A stretch of 40,356 bases of DNA from Ghiorsea sp. (GTDB taxonomy: Bacteria; Pseudomonadota; Zetaproteobacteria; Mariprofundales; Mariprofundaceae), in NCBI GenBank assembly GCA_021772875.1, contig JAJFLD010000039.1, positions 1-40,356 on the forward strand, given 5' to 3'. Both the position numbers and the translations under genes were made by a program. This document shows, in pieces, positions 29,134 to 38,066 of the stretch. Under the pieces are notes generated by a model. The model saw nothing but the letters and a program-made list of their open reading frames with translations, was not told where the DNA came from and searched no databases. Positions within the stretch are counted from its first letter, which is position 1. Each line of letters starts with the position of its first letter.

Positions 29134-30021
29134 TTATTTAGCCGATAAACACGAAGCTATGCGTTTAAGCTTGTTCACCCATTTGCCTGTTGCCGCAGGT
29201 TCTGTGAGTTCACCGTCAAAGGGTTGGCCACGGCGCAATATTTTGGTGGTGAAATGTTTGGAAGTTATGCCCCATTTGAGTAAGAAGGTGTCTCGCCCAA
29301 CATTACGTTTGATGCGGCGCGTAGATTTGGAGCCAAAGTGGTATACTTTGCTCTCACCCACCCCTTTGAAATAACGCACCCCAGCTTGCCAAAGCTTCAT
29401 GGACAAATCGGGGTCGGAATACATGCCAGGCGAAAATTCAATGCTCATGCCGCCCACCAAATCCCAGAGTTCTACAGGCATCACAATCGGTGGCCAAGTG
29501 CTGCCCAACCAATCTGCCATGTGCAAGTCTTGGTATTCTGCAAGCAATTGTTCTTCTTTAAAGGTTTCCAAACTATCACCATAATCTTTGACCACGACAC
29601 AATTATTGCCTGTATCAAAAGGTTCAATGGCCGTACCAGAAATGATGAAGTTTTGATGGCCGATGTTTTGTGTTTGTGCATGCAGTAGGCCGTCCCAGTT
29701 GGGTAAGACATACATATCATCATTGAGGTAAACCACATAATCCGTGTTCACCAAGCTACGGCAGGCATTTAAACCAAAACAAATGCCAAGATTGGTTGAT
29801 GAGTATGCATAATCCAAATCATCTTGTGATTGCACCCAGGCTAGGGTGCCATCATTACCTTCATTGATTAAAATAATGATTTGATGTTCTAGGGTTGAGT
29901 TTTTACGAATGCTGGCAACACAATTTTGAATATAAGGCAGGTTGTTCCACGTGGGGATAAGTATGGAAAACACATGTGATTTGCCTTGGGAACGATTCAT
30001 CTTTTGCAGTTTTTCTAACAT
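29134..30021 (-). CDS. Glycosyltransferase family 2
   Basis: FSILIPTWNN, YLNDDM; GAGG SD before ATG at 30021. Confidence 0.88.
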   Translation of the reverse strand: MLEKLQKMNRSQGKSHVFSILIPTWNNLPYIQNCVASIRKNSTLEHQIIILINEGNDGTLAWVQSQDDLDYAYSSTNLGICFGLNACRSLVNTDYVVYLNDDMYVLPNWDGLLHAQTQNIGHQNFIISGTAIEPFDTGNNCVVVKDYGDSLETFKEEQLLAEYQDLHMADWLGSTWPPIVMPVELWDLVGGMSIEFSPGMYSDPDLSMKLWQAGVRYFKGVGESKVYHFGSKSTRRIKRNVGRDTFLLKWGITSKHFTTKILRRGQPFDGELTEPAATGKWVNKLKRIASCLSAK

Positions 30022-30131
30022 GGGCGACCTCATTTTTACCTTTATAGATAGGTGGAGTATAAGTCTATATGGTTGAGCGATGATGAGAAGTATGCGATAT
30101 TCGTCAACAGACAAAGTGAAAAGAAGGTGTT

Positions 30132-33100
30132 ATGCAGAATCTTAAAGAAAGTCTTCTCCCCTTATTTGAACCCATTTGGCATGAAGGAAATGCTCCACCT
30201 CAAAGCATTCAAGATGCCGAAATTGAAGTTGCTGTAGAGCTTTTATCGGGTGTGGCACCAGCGCAGTATGGGGTGACATACGAGCTGCTTTCTTTTGAGA
30301 ATGTGCATCGTTATATCATGGTGATGGTTTGCCCCGACCAAGCTTTTTACCCCGATGCCATCCGCACATATTTACAAAAACAACACATCCAGCCGATTCA
30401 GCAACATTCGATATTGTTAGCGAGAAATGTGGCTGCTGCTTTTAACCCTCAAGCAGGAGCGGGCAACGATAAAGAGAACCAATTGTTGCTGGTTTTCCAT
30501 TTTTCAGCTGCAACCACTGAAAATATCAAAGGCATTGAGCGCGATATACAACACATTTTAGAAGGTGTTTACCAATCGGTAACCGATTTTTCAGACATGT
30601 TGGGTGCTTTAGAAAATGCTGCCGTGCATTTGGCAGCAGATGCGCCGGAAGACGCCGCATTATTGCGCTGGATGTTGGATGATCATTATTTGTTGTTGGG
30701 TTTAATCTATCCCCAACAAACACGTTTAAACAAAGGCATTTGTAAACGGAAAAAGTTGTTGGCCTATCTTGTGCCGGAATCTGAACAAGAATTTCAAAGC
30801 ATTACCGCTGCAAAGCAAGCAGGTATGCAGTGGTTACATTTAACCTCAACTTTTTCGCATTTGTATAGCAGCACAACAGTGCGCGTGGTGCAGATTTGCT
30901 GGGTGGAAGACCAACAGTTGAGAACAGTTGTTGTGTTGGGTCATTTTTCGCGCGGTGCGCGTTATATCAATGCCTCCCAGTTGCCTAAGTTGAGCCAAGC
31001 TTGGGCAAGCATGGCCCAAGATGTATCGTTGCAGAAATCAGCATTTTACCACCGTGAAATTCGAATGTTATTCGACCGTGTTCCCAAATCATTATTACAT
31101 TCCATCCCAGAGCCGCAATGGCTAGCACCGTTTAAAGCGATTGTTGATATGCATAGCCCCACCCAGGTGGTGGTGGAGCCGTTGCAATTGGATAGAGGCA
31201 ATTTTAAATATCTATTGATTGCGGTGAATAGCCATAGGTTTGGGGACAATATTTGGGTTAATATTCAGCAGAGTTTGCAAGCGCTTAAACTAAAAATTTG
31301 GGGTTCTGAAGGGTATGATGTTGGGGCAACCCACCTTATTTTTGTAGCGGCAAGTGCAGATGTTTGGCCCAGCCAACAACGCTTACACCGTACTGTGCGC
31401 AAATGTGTTGTATTTTGGAAAGATAAAGCCAGACAAGCCTTATTAAGGCATAAGTTATCACCCTTGGTGTTGCATGCGGCATTGGCTGAGCTGAGCCAAA
31501 TTTCACATGCGTATCAAAATCAATTCCTCCCAGAGCAATTTGTTGCAGATGTGCTTGCGCGTGTGCAAGTGCAACAAACAGGCGAGGCTCAAGTTCGCTT
31601 AAAGCTGCTTGAAAATGGTGAAAAACATGGTGTTGAAATACATATTCTAACCAATCAGGTGATGCCCTTAGCCATGATGACGGAAAAGCTTAATGCTTTT
31701 GCCTTGGTCACCATGGAACAATCACTGGTTCCTTTAAAATATGAACAAGATGTGATGCATATTTGTCGTTTCCGCTGCGAAGCACCCGCACAACTTCATG
31801 CTGAAGGGTTGCCGCGTTTAGGTGATGGCATTCAAGATGTATTCAATCAATTTGCAGATCATGATGCTTTGAATGCGCTTGTGATTCTTTGTGGTTTGGG
31901 TATGCGGGATGTGTTGGTGCTGATTGCGCTTCGTAACCATTTGGCGCAATTGATGCCTAGTGTGTCCATTGGGGCACTATCTTTGGTGATGATTAAATAT
32001 CGCAAAGTGACGTTAGCACTTTTCCGGATCTTTGAAGGTAAACACCGCCCTGCTATGCCGATGACACAGCAAGAGCAAGCCAAAGCAGATTTGCAGAAAG
32101 CGATGTTGGAAGTACAAAGTTTAAAAGAAGATACATGGTTAAGGGCTTTGGCAGAGCTTGTTTTTGCAAGTGTGCGTTGCAATGCTTGGTTGCGGCCTAA
32201 GGATCAGGCGATTGCCATTAAAATTGATTCTTCCCAGCTTGAATTTGCGCCCTACCCCAAACCCTACCGAGAAATATTTGTCCACGGGGTGTTTGTGGAA
32301 GGTATTCATTTGCGGGCAGGCCCGATTGCGCGTGGTGGCTTACGTTTTTCTGATCGCCCTACCGACTTTCGCACGGAAGTTTTAGAGCTTATGGCCACAC
32401 AAGTGGTCAAAAATGGGCAAATCGTGCCCACAGGGGCAAAAGGTGGTTTTGTCGTGCGCGATGGCCAAGGTGCAGATTTTGTTTTGGCACAATACCATCA
32501 ATTTATCCGTGCTTTGTTATCCATCACGGATAATCGTATTGCAGGACAACTTGTGCCGCCGCAAGGTTTACGCATTGCCACTCACGACCAAGATGATGCG
32601 TATTTGGTGGTGGCAGCAGATAAAGGTACGGCGCGTTATTCCGATGATGCCAATGAAGAAGCCTTGCAAGCAGAGTTTTGGTTGGGTGATGCTTTTGCCA
32701 GTGGCGGCAGCCATGGTTACGATCATAAAGCCTTTGGTATTACTGCGCGTGGGGCTTGGGTTTGCGCTGAGCATCACTTTGCGCGTTTGGGCATCAAACT
32801 CAGCCAAGACAAAGTCAGTGCTGTTGGCATTGGAGATATGGGTGGTGATGTGTTTGGTAATGGCATGTTGCTCAATCCCAATTTACAACTCATCGCAGCT
32901 TTTAACCATATCCATATTTTCTTAGATCCTAATCCTGATGTGCAAGCTGCCTTTGCCGAGCGCAAACGGTTGTTTGATGCTGTTAAAGGTTGGGATGACT
33001 ATCAACAAAGCTGTATTAGCTTGGGTGGCGGCGTCTTTCAACGGGCAGCCAAAAGCATCACTTTATCGGCAGCTGTGCAGCAAAAGTTGGGCATCAAACA

Positions 33101-34559
33101 CGATAAATTATCGGGCGAGGCTTTGATTCGAGCTATTCTGCAAGCACCTGTTGATTTATTATATAATGGCGGCATTGGCACATATATCAAAGCTAGCTTT
33201 GAAACGGATGCCGATGCGCAAGACCCTGCAAATAATGCAGTACGGGTGAATGCAAACACGCTGCGCTGTAAGGTATTATCTGAAGGGGGTAATCTTGGTT
33301 TGACGCACGACGCACGTGTTGAATACGCGCTGCAACAAGGCATTCTCAATACAGATGCCATTGATAATGCTGCAGGTGTGAACATGTCAGATCATGAGGT
33401 GAATCTTAAGATTTTGCTCACCCATGAGCCTTTTAAACAGCGCAACCAATGGTTGCTCAAAGTGGCCGATGAGGTGGCAAAGCAGTGTTTAGATGATAAT
33501 AAAGCGCAAGCCATTGCTTTATCTTTAGCTGAGGAAACCACAAAAGAACACCTGCCACGACTGCAACACTTACAACAGTGTTTGTATGATGAAGATTATA
33601 TCACCACACAGCAAAAAGAGGCCACATATTTTGCGCTACGTCCTGTGTTGTCCGAATGGTTGGGACATGAAAAGAATAGGGTACATCAAGCTCTGGATAC
33701 TGTGAACTTTCGCAGTTTAAGTGTGTTTGGGGATATGTTTTTATACAATTATTTCCCTGTGAAATTGCACAAAAAATTCCACCAACACATCAAGGATCAT
33801 GCCTTAGCTGATGATATTGCTCATACGCGTATCACCAGTTATATCCTCAATCGGTATGGTTTAACCAGCATCCATTATTTGCAAAATCTAACCAGTTCAC
33901 CCGTGGCAGAGATTGTCCAAGTTGTATTGATTGCTGATGCACTGTTGGAAACAGGCCAAACCTATGAGACGCTGTTTGCGCAAGTTGATGGTAGCATCAG
34001 TGATTGGTATCAGGTGCAACAACATGTGCTTCATTTTGCCGAGAGTTTGTTGGCCTTGCAAATGCCTATGCAAGTGGATGCATCGTGGTTAAAAGCAACA
34101 AGGAAAACACTTGTTGCTTATGGTAATTCACAAAATAAAACAACCCTAGCCCTTGTGCCCTTGAGCACGGCCATTGCCTTGGCAGAACAGGTTCAGCAAA
34201 GCTTAGAGAAATGTTTGCACATGACGCAAGCATGTTTGGATGTTTTACCCTTTACGAAGTTGGAAGCATCATTGCGCACTTCATTGTGGGCAAGTGATGA
34301 AGCCCATGCATTGCGCTGTGAATGGTTGGGGCGGTTGACGTTGATGAAAATCCAAGCCGCCAAGAGCCTGCTGCAGGTGAAGTCAAAACAAAGTTCGAGT
34401 GTTTTGAAGCAATGGCAAGCGCATCCTTTGCAAGTGAAGCTTGCAGCCTTGCTGAAAGAAGAAGATATGGCACAAGCGCAAGATGAACAAAGGCTTCGCT
34501 ACATTCTTGCCCTGACGCATTTGCAAAGCATTGTGGAATGTGAGTGTCATTTGGCATAA
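30132..34559 (+). CDS. gdhB: Large NAD-specific glutamate dehydrogenase (GdhB type)
   Basis: GIHLRAGPIARGGLRFSDR, KNGQIVPTGAKGGF, YLVVAADKGTA, GIGDMGGDVFGNGML, EGGNLG, SDHEVNLKI. Confidence 0.92.
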   Translation: MQNLKESLLPLFEPIWHEGNAPPQSIQDAEIEVAVELLSGVAPAQYGVTYELLSFENVHRYIMVMVCPDQAFYPDAIRTYLQKQHIQPIQQHSILLARNVAAAFNPQAGAGNDKENQLLLVFHFSAATTENIKGIERDIQHILEGVYQSVTDFSDMLGALENAAVHLAADAPEDAALLRWMLDDHYLLLGLIYPQQTRLNKGICKRKKLLAYLVPESEQEFQSITAAKQAGMQWLHLTSTFSHLYSSTTVRVVQICWVEDQQLRTVVVLGHFSRGARYINASQLPKLSQAWASMAQDVSLQKSAFYHREIRMLFDRVPKSLLHSIPEPQWLAPFKAIVDMHSPTQVVVEPLQLDRGNFKYLLIAVNSHRFGDNIWVNIQQSLQALKLKIWGSEGYDVGATHLIFVAASADVWPSQQRLHRTVRKCVVFWKDKARQALLRHKLSPLVLHAALAELSQISHAYQNQFLPEQFVADVLARVQVQQTGEAQVRLKLLENGEKHGVEIHILTNQVMPLAMMTEKLNAFALVTMEQSLVPLKYEQDVMHICRFRCEAPAQLHAEGLPRLGDGIQDVFNQFADHDALNALVILCGLGMRDVLVLIALRNHLAQLMPSVSIGALSLVMIKYRKVTLALFRIFEGKHRPAMPMTQQEQAKADLQKAMLEVQSLKEDTWLRALAELVFASVRCNAWLRPKDQAIAIKIDSSQLEFAPYPKPYREIFVHGVFVEGIHLRAGPIARGGLRFSDRPTDFRTEVLELMATQVVKNGQIVPTGAKGGFVVRDGQGADFVLAQYHQFIRALLSITDNRIAGQLVPPQGLRIATHDQDDAYLVVAADKGTARYSDDANEEALQAEFWLGDAFASGGSHGYDHKAFGITARGAWVCAEHHFARLGIKLSQDKVSAVGIGDMGGDVFGNGMLLNPNLQLIAAFNHIHIFLDPNPDVQAAFAERKRLFDAVKGWDDYQQSCISLGGGVFQRAAKSITLSAAVQQKLGIKHDKLSGEALIRAILQAPVDLLYNGGIGTYIKASFETDADAQDPANNAVRVNANTLRCKVLSEGGNLGLTHDARVEYALQQGILNTDAIDNAAGVNMSDHEVNLKILLTHEPFKQRNQWLLKVADEVAKQCLDDNKAQAIALSLAEETTKEHLPRLQHLQQCLYDEDYITTQQKEATYFALRPVLSEWLGHEKNRVHQALDTVNFRSLSVFGDMFLYNYFPVKLHKKFHQHIKDHALADDIAHTRITSYILNRYGLTSIHYLQNLTSSPVAEIVQVVLIADALLETGQTYETLFAQVDGSISDWYQVQQHVLHFAESLLALQMPMQVDASWLKATRKTLVAYGNSQNKTTLALVPLSTAIALAEQVQQSLEKCLHMTQACLDVLPFTKLEASLRTSLWASDEAHALRCEWLGRLTLMKIQAAKSLLQVKSKQSSSVLKQWQAHPLQVKLAALLKEEDMAQAQDEQRLRYILALTHLQSIVECECHLA

Positions 34560-34571
34560 ATACAATAATGG

Positions 34572-34606
34572 TTGACGAAAGTACGCAGAATTATAAAGTG
34601 CGCCTC
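34572..34606 (+). promoter_or_regulatory. Stable-RNA-type promoter of the tRNA
   Basis: TTGACG (34572-34577), 16 bp, TAAAGT (34594-34599), GC-rich discriminator GCGCCTC. Confidence 0.65.
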
Positions 34607-34616
34607 TCTTTATTAT

Positions 34617-34693
34617 GGCGCTTTAGCTCAGCTGGTTAGAGCATCGGAATCATAATCCGGGTGTCCGGGGTTCGAGTCCCTGAAGCGCCACCA
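34617..34693 (+). tRNA. tRNA-Met(CAT), elongator type (Ile2 not fully excluded)
   Basis: 77 nt cloverleaf GGCGCTT.../...AAGCGCC-A-CCA; anticodon loop ATCATAA; GTTCGAG T-arm; paired G1:C72 rules out initiator. Confidence 0.95.
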
Positions 34694-34705
34694 CATTAAA
34701 GTATC

Positions 34706-34743
34706 AAAAAAGCCAGCAAACTTTGTGTTTGCTGGCTTTTTTT
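34706..34743. terminator. Bidirectional intrinsic terminator after tRNA-Met
   Basis: AAAAAAGCCAGCAAAC-TTTGT-GTTTGCTGGCTTTTTTT. Confidence 0.9.
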
Positions 34744-34898
34744 GTGCCAATGTTCTTGGATGTTGATGTTGCGCATGTAAACTCTCGCTACCAGAAACCC
34801 CTTTATACCTAAGCGTTACAGTAGTTGGCGCACGTGCCAGTTGAAGTCACCAAAAATTCTGGGCGGTTATGGCTTGGAATATTGATTTAGAATTTAAC
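34729..34898 (+). repeat. Diverged direct repeat, copy 1
   Basis: Core 34814-34887 matches 37175-37247 with 10 substitutions and 1 gap in 74 nt by manual alignment; both copies start TTGCTGGCTTTTTT...ATGTTCTTGGATGTTG. Confidence 0.9.
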
Positions 34899-35106
34899 CA
34901 CCACGACAACAGCCATATCGTCAGGATGGATTGTTTTGCTATCTACGCTGTTTGGAGCTAAAATAAATATCACTTTTGGGAAGGGGTGATTGTTATCGAA
35001 AATATCAATGAAACTTGGAAAACAAGGGGGGTAAAAATGAGAAGTTCATCTGAAAAGAGCTCTGACCTCTGACCCCTTAACCCGTATGCTAATCTTTTAG
35101 GATGGC

Positions 35107-35334
35107 TTAGCTTTTAAGCGAAACATACTTTGCCAGTTTTACCCCTTTACTAATTTCAGAGCCATATGACTCGGGAATTCCTGAAGCAAGTGCGATTGCT
35201 TTCCTTGGTTCTCCTGAGCTTTCTATTTCTTTTGCATACTTAATTCCAAATAAATGAATCATTGCAGAAGCTTCGCGATTTTCACAATTGAAATACATAT
35301 CATTAAGCCTTTCACCTAATTGTACTAATGTCAT
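35107..35334 (-). CDS. 75-aa hypothetical protein, probably helical/HTH-like, cotranscribed with the DUF262 gene
   Basis: Strong SD AGGAGG; starts 11 nt after the upstream stop; AMIHLFGIKYA...SYGSEISKGVKLAKYV. Confidence 0.8.
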   Translation of the reverse strand: MTLVQLGERLNDMYFNCENREASAMIHLFGIKYAKEIESSGEPRKAIALASGIPESYGSEISKGVKLAKYVSLKS

Positions 35335-35345
35335 TTCCCCTCCTG

Positions 35346-37007
35346 TTACTTCATTGAAAATAAATTGAGTTTTTCTTTAATTTTCTCAAGTAGGCGCTTT
35401 TTTCTTTTTTCTAACTCTGGGACATCCCATTTGTTACAATCTATAATGTCCTGTGTGATGATAAAAGAACTTACTACATTATCTTTATTCTTATAAGCGT
35501 GGCGCTTCTTCTCAAAAGAATAGTTTTGTGCCTGAATGTTTTTCCTCATGGAAAGCAAGGTCAGGTTTGCTAAAGAGTTTTGCCATATATCAATTTCTGC
35601 ATCATTGAATATTTCTTTCCACTCTTTAGTTGGAGTTTGGGGCAACACATGCTCTAGATGAAGTTTATTTCCAATTGGAATATAGGTGAACTTGCTGTTA
35701 TCAGATGAGAAATATTCAATTAATAGTAAAAGTGCCCTATCCCATGTTCTTCCATAGACCCAGTTTCCTTCAATCTCTTCCATGAAAGTCTTTGTGGTGG
35801 AATATTTTCGGAGGTTGTCCGCCATTTCTGATGCAATGGAGCTGATTGGCGACTGTGCCTTGACTAGCTTTAGAATGTTAAAGCTTGTTTGCTTTATTCT
35901 TGCGACTGTTGCACCAGCAGCCCAATTTTGGTAATAATAAGCAACCAAAAGGGATTTTAGTTTATCAAGATGAGGGTAATTGGAAAAGAGAGCGGTAGCT
36001 AGAATACTATTCCAGTAAATTTTGTGCTTTAAGTAGCGTAAGCAATAAATATTTTTATCTTCTGCAGTTAGAATATTAATATACGCCTTGGAGAAGTCAC
36101 TAATTTCTTTAATTATTTCTAGCGAAGTTCTGCCTTCTTTATTGAAAATGGTTAGTAGCTCTTTATCGAGGCGACTTTTAGGGTTCGTAGCTATTTTGTA
36201 GTACAAATATGTATTTAGCATTCCATCTAGGTCGAAGTTCGCAAACTTTAAGTTGGAATTAACATTTTCCCACTTTGCTTTAAATGCGGTTCTGTCTTCC
36301 TTGGAATCTAGTTTTTGCATCAATGATGACTTTAGAATGTCTATAGAGCTTAAGGGCATTCCTCTATCATTAAGAACATTAAAGATTTGAATTGCACTAT
36401 CTTGAGAGGGGCAAGTAATGACAGTGAGCACTATTTTCTCATAAAACCACAGTACAAATGTATCAATATCAATGCTGTTTTCAGTCACAGCTAAGCTTAA
36501 GAAGTTTTTTAAGAAGTGAGCATTTTGTAAGTATTTATTGCCAGAGAAGTTTTTTTCAATGTGCCGTGTTTCAGTGAAGCTAATGCCTTTTAGTACAGTT
36601 TCTTCAAAGTCAATTTGATACTGTTCGCTTGTTAGGAACTTCAACTTTCTTTTGTCATTTTCATATTTATCTTGAATGGAATTAGTTATGAAATCTTTTG
36701 CTTTTTGACTTAATTTGTCAAAGTACACATCTCTAAAAACACAGGATATAATTGTGAATGTTGTGGTTCGCTGTTGCCCGTCAATGATATCAAACCTTGA
36801 ATCACATTCGTTGTTTACCAGCACTAATGAGCCACAAAAATATGTGTCAGTTTTATTTCCTATGAAAGCTGTAACTAAGTCATCAATTAAGTCAGATAAA
36901 TTATCTTTATCCCATGAATAAGGCCTTTGGTAGTCAGGTACTTGGTAAAATTTTTCATCATTAACTAGGATTGTCTTTAAGTTCTCAATTTCGGCTTCAA
37001 TCTTCAT
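35346..37007 (-). CDS. DUF262-DUF1524 protein (GmrSD/SspE-like NTPase-HNH nuclease)
   Basis: VPDYQRPYSW, IIDGQQR, IFNVLNDRG (DUF262); LEHVLPQ...NSLANLTLL...KN (DUF1524 HNH-like). Confidence 0.92.
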   Translation of the reverse strand: MKIEAEIENLKTILVNDEKFYQVPDYQRPYSWDKDNLSDLIDDLVTAFIGNKTDTYFCGSLVLVNNECDSRFDIIDGQQRTTTFTIISCVFRDVYFDKLSQKAKDFITNSIQDKYENDKRKLKFLTSEQYQIDFEETVLKGISFTETRHIEKNFSGNKYLQNAHFLKNFLSLAVTENSIDIDTFVLWFYEKIVLTVITCPSQDSAIQIFNVLNDRGMPLSSIDILKSSLMQKLDSKEDRTAFKAKWENVNSNLKFANFDLDGMLNTYLYYKIATNPKSRLDKELLTIFNKEGRTSLEIIKEISDFSKAYINILTAEDKNIYCLRYLKHKIYWNSILATALFSNYPHLDKLKSLLVAYYYQNWAAGATVARIKQTSFNILKLVKAQSPISSIASEMADNLRKYSTTKTFMEEIEGNWVYGRTWDRALLLLIEYFSSDNSKFTYIPIGNKLHLEHVLPQTPTKEWKEIFNDAEIDIWQNSLANLTLLSMRKNIQAQNYSFEKKRHAYKNKDNVVSSFIITQDIIDCNKWDVPELEKRKKRLLEKIKEKLNLFSMK

Positions 37008-37022
37008 CAGTATCCTATGGTT

Positions 37023-37056
37023 ATGTCAATGTGACATTATTATAGCCTAAGCTATA
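37023..37056 (-). promoter_or_regulatory. -10 box flanked by two palindromes upstream of the DUF262 gene
   Basis: TATAAT (37044-37039); ATGTCA-N3-TGACAT 37023-37037; TATAGC-N4-GCTATA 37041-37056. Confidence 0.5.
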
Positions 37057-37112
37057 GACGTTAGCGAGTTGTAGGTATTTGGCTTACAATAGCGTCTTTA
37101 TGAAGGCTAAGG

Positions 37113-37260
37113 TTGCTGGCTTTTTTCTTGCCATGTTCTTGGATGTTGCATGAGTAAATTCAAGCTATCAGAAACGTTACAGCAGATGGCGCACTTGCCA
37201 GTTGAAGTCATCAGAATTCTGGGTAGTTATGGCCTGAGATATTGATTGGGTGCATTTAAC
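37113..37260 (+). repeat. Diverged direct repeat, copy 2
   Basis: Homologous to 34729-34898; lacks the 16-nt CCCTTTATACCTAAGC segment present in copy 1. Confidence 0.9.
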
Positions 37261-37286
37261 ACAGTGAAGACAAAGGCTCCGAGACA

Positions 37287-38066
37287 TCAAACTTTGGCCA
37301 GAGCGGAATGTTTGCTAACCTTGTGCGGTAAGCTTTTATGGGCCACGGTTTCATTAATAAAGCGTATAGCTTGGTCTAATATGATTTTTCGTTCTTTAGT
37401 AGGTTGTGCGAACTGGCCTAGTATTTGTATTAGCCTATTGTAGGTAACCCGCGACCAAATGCATTTAGAGTAAACGGAAGTATTCTTTTTGAATTCTTCA
37501 AAGCTCCCGCATATTTCTTCCATATGTTGTTTTGAGATAGATGCATCTTCTTGTCGCGCTTCAATTGTTTTAGCCAATACATTAATACGATCTGCGATGA
37601 TTTCGACCTCGGCAGGTGTGAAGAAACCTTCAGGGTCATCTAGTGCGCCTGCGATATCCTCTTTAAATTTTGCTCTAAGCTCTTGCAATGGATCAACTGT
37701 TGGTGCGAGCGCGTATAAATCTTCCTTGATATAGCTGCACCATCTGCTGATGATTCTAGGCAGGTCACCTAGTTTTGAAAGCATGAGGTATTCTTTCAGC
37801 TTATACTCACCAGGAGCAAACACAACATCTAAGCTGTGATACGTTCTCTTTTTTGATGGCATTAGAAACGGCTGAGTTAGAGCAAAGGAGTCTTCAATCA
37901 TAGACTCGCTACATTCTAAGACATACTCTGGTTTATGTGAGAATGTTAATTTGATCAATGTCTTTCCAGTTTTAGGCAAAGCTATGATGAAATCATGTTT
38001 TGTGAACACTGATTCATCAAGAGCTTTGGCAATAGTTTGAATAAACGAAGTTTTTAGTTGGCTCAT
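37287..38066 (-). CDS. Hypothetical protein (259 aa), helical C-terminal half
   Basis: Long ORF in AT-rich DNA with a purine-rich SD region; no motif recognised. Confidence 0.75.
   Translation of the reverse strand: MSQLKTSFIQTIAKALDESVFTKHDFIIALPKTGKTLIKLTFSHKPEYVLECSESMIEDSFALTQPFLMPSKKRTYHSLDVVFAPGEYKLKEYLMLSKLGDLPRIISRWCSYIKEDLYALAPTVDPLQELRAKFKEDIAGALDDPEGFFTPAEVEIIADRINVLAKTIEARQEDASISKQHMEEICGSFEEFKKNTSVYSKCIWSRVTYNRLIQILGQFAQPTKERKIILDQAIRFINETVAHKSLPHKVSKHSALAKV

Noticed and set aside
77-34557. Many 60-170 aa antisense or alternate-frame ORFs in the track
   Set aside because: They overlap well-supported genes and have no motifs; shadow ORFs.
34660-34693. Duplicated tRNA 3' end (attR) at the far side of the island
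   Set aside because: Looked for between 34700 and 39240 and not found; no integrase either.
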